Shown here: one piece after another, positions 52,899-64,000 of the stretch
Layout: every line of letters begins with the position of its first letter
Position numbering within the stretch: position 1 is the stretch's first letter
Origin: Octopus vulgaris
Taxonomy: Eukaryota
DNA length: 64,000 nucleotides
Assembly: GCA_951406725.2 (NCBI GenBank)
Contig: OX597817.1
Location: forward strand, 55,056,001 to 55,120,000
Direction: 5' to 3'
Position numbers and translations under genes: made by a program
The notes under the pieces: model-generated
The model's database searches: none
Seen by the model: only the letters and a program-made list of their open reading frames with translations
Told to the model about the DNA's origin: nothing

Positions 52899-53517
52899 TT
52901 GAAAAGTCTAGCTGACTGGCAGTGTCTGTTGGGGATGGTTTTAATGAGAACGCTTTAAATTCGTGAAGAACCAGGTTAAAACACGAATTATTAGATTTTA
53001 TTCTGAATTGTCTTCTACAAAATAATAAAATTCTGGAATGTGGTTTCTGCGAGGTTATTTTTGCTGTTGTTTATATTAATAATGTTTTTGCAGTTTAGTT
53101 ACAGGCCAGATCTGACGGAACAGGACAATGATCAAACGTGCCCTCACGGTGGATATTTTGTATATTTAAATATCTACTGTTACATTTTCTATAGGAGTTG
53201 GATGAAACTTAAGAGAAATTTGGCTCTTGTTTTTGGTATCTCCAACACATTTCTATACCATTCCTTGTTGAGTTCCAGGCGATATTGTTTATCCAAGAAC
53301 CGAAAATCCTGGTGGGTTAAAATCGAATCAGTATTAAAGTGCAGTAAAAACATAATCGCCCTATTGTATGGCAAGGTATTGCTGAGTCTTACACGGGAAA
53401 TTGTGTTGGCCTCGGTCTATGTAAATATATATCATTGCTATTATGCAAAAGTGTCGTAAGCCCAACTCATTGCTTTTTCAGAAAACAAAATATTAGTTTC
53501 ACTATTCCGTAACAAGT

Positions 53518-53762
53518 GGAGGCGCGTTGCTTAGTGTTTAGGGTGTCTGCACCATCATCGTAAGATTGTGGCTTCGATTCCTGTTGTGTTTTTGAGCAAA
53601 ACACTTCATTTCACGTTGCTCCAGTCCACTCAGCTGGCAAAAATGAGTAACGCTGCGATGGACTGGCGTCCCGTCCAGCTGGGGAACACATACGCCTCAG
53701 ACACCGGGAAAGCGGGCCCATGAGCCTGGCTAGGCTTTAAAAGGGTGCATTTATTTATTTTA
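53518..53762 (+). mobile_element. SINE family C head/CORE with a third tail type
   Basis: GGAGGCGCGTTGCTTAGTG...TTGAGCAAAACACTTCATTTCACGTTGCTCCAGTCCACTCAGCTGGC, then GCGATGGACTGGCGTCCCGTCCAG...(ATTT)n. Confidence 0.8.
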
Positions 53763-54389
53763 TTCCATAACAAACCGTTGTACAAAACTTTGACAATATT
53801 TGATATCTTGGCATCTGAAGCAGCTGGAGATATGAAAGTTTGACCAAAGATACCGGTTAATGCAAGCAAAAATAAATATTGAAAAAAAAGACGCATTTGG
53901 CTAAATTTGGACATACGGCAGTTTAATATAATAGCAACGATATGTGTGTGTCTCCACTTGTCAGTGTTGGTATTTGTTTTGTGTATACCAGATTGTATGC
54001 ATATATATCCGAGTGGCAACGTGCGTCTGGGTCAGAGTGTGCCAGTTTGGAGAAAAATGTATAGCATTAGCAAAACAGCCGAAATGGTAGGGTGACCGAT
54101 TACATTTGGACAGTGAGTTATTTTATTCACTACGATGGTTAACTAGAATTATCATAAAACAATCTTGTATATTTGTACATAATTCTGTTGTGAAAAGATG
54201 TGTGTGTTTGTGTGAGCGTGTGTGTGTGTGTGTGTAAATATACATAAAAAGCGGGAATGGTCCCTACTTCAGGAACCCTCATAAAATAATTTTATACGGA
54301 TTACTTTTGCATACAATTCCATCGTTGTTTCCTTATTAAGAAATTATGGGAAGTCCACGATCGATTTGCTTTAACCTGGAAAACACTTT

Positions 54390-54672
54390 TTAATTTATCG
54401 ACCCTGAAAGGATGAAAGGTAAAATCGACGTCGGCGGAATTTGAACTCAGAACGTAGAGACAGACGAAATAACGCTAAGCATTTCGTATATCTTATCTAC
54501 TCTAGGCACAAGGCCCGAAATTTTCGGGGAGGGAGGGGCAGTCGATTAGATCGACTCCAGTACGCAACTGGTACTTAATTTATCGACCTTGAAAGGATCA
54601 AAGGCAAATTCGACCTCGGCGGAATTTGAACTCAGAACGTAAAGACAAAGGAAATACCGCTAAGCATTTCGT
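54390..54672 (-). mobile_element. SINE family B, two partial units
   Basis: Reverse-complement cores, each followed on the + strand by CGCTAAGCATTTCGTATATC. Confidence 0.85.
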
Positions 54673-55197
54673 ATATCAACATAAACATATTCATTAACCC
54701 TCTATCTCTAAGTGTTACCCGTCATATAATGGGTAACTTTCTAGTAATACATTTGCTACATTGGGTAATACCAAAGAATATGGCATACATACAGTATTTC
54801 ATCATATTTGTTGGTACCTATATAACATGATGGATACTAATTTTCGAATGAAAAATATTTATCTTAAAATAAAATAAAACATAAGTAATTTCTCATTTCT
54901 ATAAATGCAATGAAAACGTTATTACTTTTCTGAATTTTATAATTTATTACAGAACCGTAATCAACTCCGACGAAAACCTATCCCTCATAATTTCATTAGA
55001 ATGTGGAATGTTATAAGACATTCTTCTCGTACCTCTTATGTTAACTTTCTCTGTATCACTCTTCTATTCTCTCTCTGCCTTTCTCTCCCTCTCTCTCTCT
55101 CCCTCTCTGTATTTCCAGGCGAACCATCTGACCAAGCAACTAAGAAACCAAATCACGATTCAATCAACTTATATATATATATATGTATATCGACTGG

Positions 55198-56190
55198 AAG
55201 GCGGCGAGCTGGCAGAAGCGTCTGTCTTTATGTTCTGAGTTCAAATCCTGCCGAGGTCGACTTTGCCTTTTATCATTTCGGGGTGGATAAATTAATTACC
55301 AGTTGCGTACTGGTGTCGATATAATCGAATGGAACCCTCCCCAAAAATTCCGGGCCTTGTGCCTAGAGTAGAAAATATTCTTTGTATTACATTAAGGCGG
55401 CGAGCTAGCAGAATTGTTAGCACGCCGGGCGAAATGCGTAGTCGTATTTCGTCTGCTGTTACGTTCTGAGTTCAAATTCCGCCGAGGTCGACTTTGCCTT
55501 TCATCCTTTCGGAGTCGATAAGTTAAGTACCAGTTACGCACTGGGTCCATGTAATCGACTTAATCCCTTTCACTGTCCTTGTTTGTCCTCTCTGAGTTTA
55601 GCCCCTTTAGGTAGTAAAGAAATAGGTATTTCGTCTGCTGCTACGTTCTGAGTTCAAATTCCGCCGAGGTCAACTTTGCCTTTCATCGTTTCGGGGTCGA
55701 TTAAATAAGTACCAGTTACGCACTGGGGTCGATATAATCGACTTAATCCGTTTGTCTGTCCTTGTTTGTCCTCTCTGTGTTTAGCCCCTTGTGGGTAGTA
55801 AAGAAATAGATATTCCGTCTGTCTTTCTTTACGTTCTCAGTTCAAATTCCGCTTAGGTCGGCTTTGCCTGTCATCCTTTCGTGTTCGGTAAATTAAGTAC
55901 TAGTTGCGTACTGGGTCGATCTTATCGACTTGCTCCCCCTCCTCCAAATTTTCGGGCCTTGTGCCTAGAGTAGAAAGTATATTAAGACTAGCAGAATCGT
56001 TAGCACGCCGGACGGAATGCTTAGCGGTATTTCGCCCGTCGGTACGTTCTGAGTTCAAATTCCACAGAGGTTGACCTTGCCTATCATCCTTTCGGGATTG
56101 CTAAATTGAGTACCAGTTGAACACTGCGGTCGATTTGATCGACTATCCCCCTGTTCCACAATTTCGGGCCTTGTACCTAAAGCAGAAATG
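55198..56190 (+). mobile_element. Array of five SINE family B units
   Basis: Order: tail-2 copy, head plus two tail-1 units plus a tail-2 unit, then another tail-2 copy; junctions at 55625 and 55809. Confidence 0.92.
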
Positions 56191-56620
56191 ATCATATAGA
56201 TACGTAAAGTAGAGGTGTTAGTATACGAATGTCCGAAAATTTGCATTCACTACAGCTGCATTATCCCTTATTCCCAAGATTATATACGTTTTATGATAAT
56301 GCTTTTGTCCAATGGACCAACGTTAACTTAAAACCTATTTCGACAAAATACCGTCAGAGATAAGGAGACTTTTCACTCTAAAATTGCAAAACTTAATATT
56401 GGTTGGCAGTAATAACAATCGACTTCTGCCGAGTAAATTAGATCTTACATTGCTCTTTCGGTCTTCTTTGCTTATTTCTTGTCTTTCAATCAATTTATCA
56501 ATTTACTACATTTGCTTTCCCTCAGCTTCACCTATCGATCTGCGAGACCATTCTATACATGGCTCTGTCTTTCTATTACTATGCCTCACTGTATTACTCT
56601 CTCTTTCTCTCTCCTCTCTA

Positions 56621-56688
<68 letters not shown>

Positions 56689-56789
56689 CACATACACACT
56701 CACATATATATAATTACATAGAGAGATAAATGACAAACTCGTATATGTACACCCGGATGCACATATATATAAATATACACATACATACA

Positions 56790-56823
<34 letters not shown>

Positions 56824-56915
56824 TATATAAATATATGTAAATATATATATGTATATGTACATATATATAATAAACATATGTATGCATGCATACAAACTTT
56901 CATTCTTTAATACAA

Positions 56916-56973
<58 letters not shown>

Positions 56974-57039
56974 GCATACATACATATAGACCGCTAATTC
57001 AACTACTTCTCCAAATTTACCACTGTTCACTTACCATGT

Positions 57040-57200
57040 AGCGCCAAAATCGATCAGGCTTGAAGAATTTTTCTCCTCGAAGCTGAAGTTCCATATTGAC
57101 TATTCGGTCTTTTGTATATTTGTGGTGCTTAATTTGTGCCTTGCGGTGATGCAACCGATTCCAGACCACCGACATGCATATCACCACACCGCGGGACAAC
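57040..57200 (-). pseudogene. Penelope-like element GIY-YIG endonuclease C-terminal remnant
   Basis: With frameshifts: CP.CGDMHVG..GNRLHHRKAQIKHHKY...LRGEKFFKPD, resembling the 'C..CG..YIGQTG..L..R...H..QI...E..FI..KP.LN' pattern. Confidence 0.5.
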
Positions 57201-57411
57201 GAGCGGGTTGTTAAAAAGCACAAGTATCATGATATGATATCCTTCCTACCGTTAATATAAGATTCTTGAAGAATTTAAGTGCATACACAAGCATACACAT
57301 ACAGAATCATACGCATTCATGTACGGGCGTATTACGAAAAGCGCAATTGAAACAGATATATTTCTGGAGTAGTGAAATGCCTATTATCAAAGTATCTATC
57401 AGGGCATCTCT

Positions 57412-57445
<34 letters not shown>

Positions 57446-57518
57446 TGTATATCGATGTGTGTGGGGATATATGTATACACACACACACATTTTCCTTATG
57501 TGTGTATATACATAAATA

Positions 57519-57553
<35 letters not shown>

Positions 57554-57617
57554 CGTGCGTGGATGTGTGGGTGTGTGTGAATCAGTTTTTACGTGTGTGC
57601 GTGTGTGTATATATACA

Positions 57618-57697
<80 letters not shown>

Positions 57698-57797
57698 TAG
57701 ATAGCTAGGTAGACAGATAGATTTATAGATAGCTAAACTGTTCGATAGATAGTTATAGACATGCATGCGTACAAGATTATGTACGAAGTTAGATAGT

Positions 57798-57863
<66 letters not shown>

Positions 57864-58586
57864 TTGAAACCGAGATCCACGAATCATCGTGGATATATAG
57901 TTTGTTGGGTAGTCTAATTGTATGAGGAGTAGAAGGAGTGAAAGATATTTAATCCCAAGAATGCAAAGTGAAGAACTTAGAAAACGAATACGAGAAAGAA
58001 ACGGAGAAGAACAGAAGTAGAAAAGGAATGGAGAAAATGCAAGAACGGTAAGAATGGAGGTTCTTAGAGAGACAATAGCCAATTAGGCTGCCGGCTATAA
58101 ATATCGATCTATCAAAGCCAGCAGTTCCTGTACTTTAAGATTTCTTCGAAAATCATGTTCGGAATCTTTAACGGTGTTATAGTTGCTGCTGCTGGGCTTG
58201 TATAGTTGGAAGCAGTGATTTGGCAAATCGTGCAGTCAGATGGCGCAAACTATATGTATAATGCACATTTACAGCAGCATAGATTAGCAACATTTTACTC
58301 ACGGCCCATTAAAGACTTAGTATGATTTCGGGCTAAAACCAGGCGGTTTCCCCTTCATAATACATCATTTAGTTGTTCGTTGATTTGCTGCAAATAATCT
58401 GCAGACTGTAAGTGCTGCATGTCCGGGGTGAAAGCGTACTTGCTTTTAAGTCGCCTTAAGCGCGTACACAGGAAGATTTATCCGTTAGACGCACACATGT
58501 ATGCGTGCAAATGTAATACACATAGACTTCACTGCATTATATTCACATACATACATACATCCACATACACACGTGTGTGTGTATGA

Positions 58587-58623
<37 letters not shown>

Positions 58624-58960
58624 CATGTTTCTATATACATAAGCGTATATTCACTAATTCATGCATATTTATACACATTATAGCTACAAATTCACATACA
58701 CATGAATAGATGAATACATGCGTTCTAGTGCACGTAGTACACACTCAGGACATGCATGTATGTATATATGTATGTAGGTGTATACATGCCTATTTGCGTA
58801 TACATATATTGTACACACCCCAAAACGAAACTGCTTTATCTTCTGAAGTTTATAGCAATAAATACATGTATGTGTGTATGTATGTATCTCTCTATTTATC
58901 TATCTATTTATCTGTTTATCTATCTATCTGTTTGTCTATCTATCTATCTATCTATCTATA

Positions 58961-59011
<51 letters not shown>

Positions 59012-59224
59012 ATATCTACCTACCAATTTATCCGTCTATCACTCTATCTATGCAAAATAAGGTGGGAAAATAGTATTCCAATACCGAGGGTAGAGTAATA
59101 CGCTATTTATTCAAAGCTTCATACATAAATATCAGAAAAACTGCTACTCATATTGAAAGGTGTAATTGAGGAGCAGATTTTGTGACGTATTTTAATAGAA
59201 AAGTACGTAGTATATATAAGTATA

Positions 59225-59325
<101 letters not shown>

Positions 59326-59939
59326 GAAACAGTAAGGATTTCTGGTAACTTCACTGAGGAAAGAAGGCCACGAATGACCCGTCTTTTTTGGTCTGTCCTT
59401 CCAAATGTTGTTTCTCCTGTCCACTTTTGTATCGTCTATCTGTCCGAATGTTTCCATGTCCCAGTAATCAAGATCCGTGATACCATTTACTTATTTTTTT
59501 CACTTATTCACTACATTTATTTTTATTTTGTTTTGCAATTTTACTCTCTCGTGCTTGTGTTCTATTTTACTTGACATTTGTTGACCCCACGAACTGATGT
59601 ATTGGGGATGAGAAGAGTTGGGATACAGAAGTAGAGAAAAGATGTGAAAATTGAATCTGTGTACGAGCAAGCTCTGAAGCTCGAAGTGTACATCCAGTTG
59701 ATGTGGAACACCAATTTTTGTTGCTTTCCTGAATTTCTCACAAGTTTCTAATATTTTTTGGCATCATAAAAATATGGCTGCTTTTTAAACTCATCCATTA
59801 TTCCAAAGAGAATCTAGTTAAATTCTCTCTCGTTTCGTAGCAAATTTTAGAGCGAGTTTGTGAAGCTGGAATATTTCTCCTACAAACCTGGATGATAACA
59901 TCACGAGGAAATATATTTAGATTACAGTTTATGTTTTTC

Positions 59940-60546
59940 TCTCTAGTTTCAGGTCAGAGCTGCGGCCATGCTGATGCACCACCGTTTTGCTACACTCTTA
60001 TTACTAAGAGCCTCCTCTAATATATGGCTCTTGGTGAAGCATGGAGTTTGATATAGCTACCCTCATTTGCACCTCTAGCCGTGAGGTAGGTTCATCTGGG
60101 ACTCTCGACAGGAAGAGATCTTTCTTTGATTTAAAAACCCCTACATCTACTTTGTGCAAGTTCCTCGGACACTTTGGGAGAATATGAAAAATCTGTGGGC
60201 CCATGAAACCCAGGCTGTTGCAGTAACTGGTCCTGGAGCGTGATAGCATTGCTGGGACTTTTGGCACTATGCAGTGTCGTCCCGTTCTAGCATTGGTGTA
60301 ACATTCAATGCTAAAATTTGGCGCATTTCCTTCCAGGATCATCCAGATATATATTACTGCATACCTCTTCCGTCTTCTCTCCAGGGCGTAGAGTCTTAGC
60401 TGTTTCAACCTTTCCCAGTAGCTGAGCTGTTGCAAAGAGACGATCTTCTTTGTGAATCTTCTCTGGATTGCTTCAAGGTCCGCTGTTAATTTCACACTGG
60501 TGGGTGACCATAGCTGTGAGCATTAATCCAGGTAACTGAGGACGAA
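59940..60546 (-). pseudogene. 5'-truncated CR1/L2-group LINE: ORF2 C-terminus plus 3' tail
   Basis: FVLSYLD*CSQLWSP followed by ORF 60004-60495 LEAIQRRFTKKI..LSYWERLKQLRLYALERRRKRYAVIYIW.ILEG..PN...GPQIFHILP...FKSKKDLFLSRVPDEP. One in-frame stop. Confidence 0.9.
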
Positions 60547-61351
60547 CGTTTGATTATATTTATAATACCATCTGCATAAATTATGCGGAGCTTCAGATGG
60601 AACTCTTTGAATAACATCACTGTGAACATTTGTCCGTGTTTGAGTAAACTACGTTCGTGAAAAGTTACTGGGTTATTTTACTAGTAAACAACGGAATGTA
60701 GTACATTTCCACAAACTCCAAGTTGGTTAGTTTTAAGTTTTAAAAGTGAAATGTTTCATTGAAGTGAAAATACATGACATATGTGTTTGGACTTTCACCC
60801 AAATCATTGAAAATGTCACCAAATTGATAGAGAAAATATTACATAGTCAAACCTATGATGGTTGGAATTTTGAATATTGATGTCTCTAAGATGTCAGTTC
60901 TTGATTTTATTCGCATCTCAAATACTTCGATGATGAGCGATATTTGGGAGATCAGACAACATCTTACTGCACCAACTTTAAAAATTTGGTACAGTTGGTA
61001 CTACTACTATTTTTGTTATAACTGTGAAGACAGATTGCGTATAAAATATTCGCGCATACTCGGTTTTGCGTCAAGCAAGTAGCTAGAAGCGATGTAAGTA
61101 GGCGGAGATCCCTTCGGAGCATTTGCAGGAAATTTATGCTGCTGCAAAACATTTAATTATATTTATTCTTGCGATGGAATCTGGTGTGACAAAATTATAC
61201 CAAATATAAAAACAGCATTACCCAAAAAGAAGCTGATATTTACGAAGGTTTAATAAAAATAACATATTACTCTACACTCGGTATTCGAGTACTATTTTCC
61301 CAACACCATTATCCAAAAAGAAACTGGTGGAAAAACTACTGACATATTACC

Positions 61352-61581
61352 TATTTCTTTACAACCCATAAGGGGCTAAACACAGAAGGGACAAATAAGG
61401 ACAGACAAACGGATTAAGTCGATTATATCGACTCCAGTGGGTAACTGGTACTTTATTTATCGACCCCGAAAGGATGAAAGGCAAAGTTGACCTCGGCGGA
61501 ATTTGAACTCAGAACGTAGCGGCAGACGAAATACGGCTACGCATTTCGCCCGGCGTGCTAACGTTTCTGCCAGCTCGCCGC
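61352..61581 (-). mobile_element. SINE family B, tail-1, full length with 15-bp TSD
   Basis: TACTGACATATTACC at 61337-61351 and 61587-61601. Confidence 0.95.
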
Positions 61582-61954
61582 AGTAATACTGACATATTAC
61601 CGTTCTGTCTTCAGTAATTCCACGTAAAATATCTTATGGAATTCAATGCAACGCCCTTTGGAAACTCCAGTAGAATTCCTGATTGCAGAATTATTGTTTC
61701 TGGTATTCTTACTACAGCATCACAGCAGGAGACAAATAATTTCATCAGACATTGTACTCCACTTTGAAAGAGGACCACTTCCGGGTCGTTCAATTTTCTC
61801 GACGGCCATGTCGTACTCCGCATCATTTTCATCGCTGATGTTACTTCTCGTTCGCTTCAGAAAACGAGATTTTTATGCAATCGAGAATTGTAATTCCTAT
61901 CAATTGTGGCAGTCGGTGCCAGCAAGTAGTTGAATTGGTTCACATCTATATATA

Positions 61955-62369
61955 AGTAGTAGTGGTGGTGGTGGAGGGGGTGGCGGTACAAGTAGTAGTA
62001 TGGTAGTGGTGGTAGTAGTAGTAGTGGCTGTGGGGTTGGTAGAAGTAGTAGTAGTGGTAATAGTAATAATAGTAGTGGTGGTGGTGGTGGTGTTGCTGGT
62101 GGTGGCAAAAGTAGTAGTTGTGGTAATAGTAGTTGTAGTTATAGAGTGGTGGTGGTGGAAGTAATAGTAGTGGTAATATAGTTGTATAGTTTAGTGGTAG
62201 TAGTAGTGGTGGTGGTGGTGGTGGTAGTGGTGTTGCTGGTGGTGGTAGAAGTAGTAGTTGTGGTAATAGTAGTTGTAGTAATAGTGTGGTGGTGGTGGTG
62301 GTGGTGGAAGTAGTAGTAGTGGTAATAGTAGTAGTAGTAGCAGTGGTGGCAGTACAAGTAGTAGTAATA

Positions 62370-62428
<59 letters not shown>
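61955..62428. repeat. (GTA)n/(GGT)n compound microsatellite with higher-order repeats
   Basis: Directly visible; complementary (ACT)n/(ACC)n tracts at 62860-63190 and 63503-63735. Confidence 0.9.
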
Positions 62429-62864
62429 AGAAGGCGCGTGGCTTAGTGATTATGGGTATTTGGCCCACGATCGCAATATCATGAGTTCGCTTTTCTAGAA
62501 AATTCCTTTCGCTCTGGGAGGCCTATTTCAGTTTTTATTTACAAGTTTTGTTGTGGTGTGAAACGAGCCTGTTATGGAAGCTGTATGTTGTTTTTTGTTT
62601 TTCTAGCAATATCACCTTCCTAGTTATAGAATCATTCGTACAGGTGCATCTTTGACGAACAGGTGAGTTAGGACGAGAGGTGTAGGCTTATTTGGCAGAA
62701 AGCCGGAAACTAACGTCGCATCGTTGTATGTCGTGTCCGAGAGAAGAGTTTTCTCAACTGAGAGGTCACGGGTGGTGTTAGAGTATTTGTCCAAAAATAC
62801 ATTATATTCCACATCATATTCCACACTACAAACAGCAACACTCCAACTGCTGCTGCTGTTGCTG

Positions 62865-62904
<40 letters not shown>

Positions 62905-63037
62905 GACGACGACGACGACGACGACGACGAAGACGACGACTACTACTACTACTACTACTACTAGTACTACTACTACTATTTCTACTTCTTTTCTTCTTCT
63001 TCTTCTTCTTCTACTACTACTACTGCTGCTGCTGCTG

Positions 63038-63080
<43 letters not shown>

Positions 63081-63204
63081 GGCTTCTACTTCTTTTCTTC
63101 TTCTACTTCTACTGCTGCTGCTGCTGCTACTACTACTACTACTACTACTAATAATAATAATACTACTACTACCACTACTGCTGCTGCTGATGTTTCTACT
63201 TCTT

Positions 63205-63502
63205 TCAATTGATACGATCAACGGAACAGCCATCTCGTGAAATTAACGTGCAAGTGGCTGAGTATTCCACAGACACGTTGTAACCTTAACGCAATTCTCA
63301 GGGAGATTCAGCGTGACACAGAACGTGACGAAGCTGGCCCCTCCTTTAAATTACAGGTACCATACTCATTTGTGCCACCTGAGTGGACTGAAGCAATGTG
63401 AAATAAAGTGTCTTGCTCAAGGACACAACACGACGCTGGGAATCGAACTCATGACATTGCGATCGTGGGCCAAATAGCCATAATCACTAAGCCACGCGCC
63501 TT
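63205..63502 (-). mobile_element. SINE family C, near full length; inverted partial head copy at 62429-62490
   Basis: Reverse complement of the 44034 copy; the head variants GTGATTATGG and TTTGGCCCACGATCGCAAT are shared with 62429-62490. Confidence 0.88.
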
Positions 63503-64000
63503 CTCACTACTACTACTTCTACCACCCACTCCCAGTACTACTACTACAACCACCACCATACAATTACTACTACCATTACCACCATACTACTACTACTTGT
63601 ACTGCCAACATCACCACCACCACTACTACTACTACTAACGCCACCACTACCACAAACACTATACTATTATTACCACTACTACTACTGCTACCACCACCAC
63701 CACCACCACCACCACTACCACTACTACTACTACTAAATTTTATTGCCATGAAATGAGAATTTAAATGAAGGTTTGCTTCTGCTGTGACCCCTACACCGCT
63801 CCGTCACCAACCGCCCCCACCCTCTTCAACCCCGTCCAATCCGTCCCTCCTCCCTCATATATTTAGCAGCCGGGAATATATTTCATATGTGTGTGTTTTA
63901 TTGATTTCAGTTCAATTTATTTATTTAGGGGACAGCGTCCATGTTTTAATCAGAATGGAAAACATGCGCCGAAAGATGAGTGAAGTCAGCAGTGTGAAGA

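Noticed and set aside
53040-53459. 139-aa non-repetitive ORF with a hydrophobic N-terminus
   Set aside because: Non-ATG start in eukaryotic DNA, no recognisable domain, and it appears to overlap a decayed interspersed repeat resembling sequence near 40450-40620.

Overview
AT-rich, extremely repeat-dense eukaryotic DNA. The SINE families and microsatellite load look like an octopus/cephalopod genome (recognised from memory, not from a search). I found no intact protein-coding gene or host exon; almost all ORFs in the track are translations of (TA)n, (CA)n, (GATA)n, (ATC)n and (ACT)n microsatellites. The window holds three tRNA-headed SINE families (about 30 copies, many nested or in tandem) and decayed LINE fragments (R4/Dong-like, RTE-like, CR1/L2-like). 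It also holds a Penelope GIY-YIG remnant, an internally deleted mariner, several Tc1/mariner/pogo, piggyBac-like and Helentron-type MITEs, and several long fold-back elements. Most notable are (1) a set of type-I hammerhead ribozyme motifs with palindromic stem III, typical of Penelope-like elements: one with an intact core at 23865-23944 (-) and a two-copy variant with U at conserved position A6; (2) a SINE subtype whose 3' end repeatedly joins the same GGTATTTCGTC site inside related SINEs; and (3) a ~163-bp direct duplication flanking a SINE trimer. All calls are by eye and boundaries are approximate.
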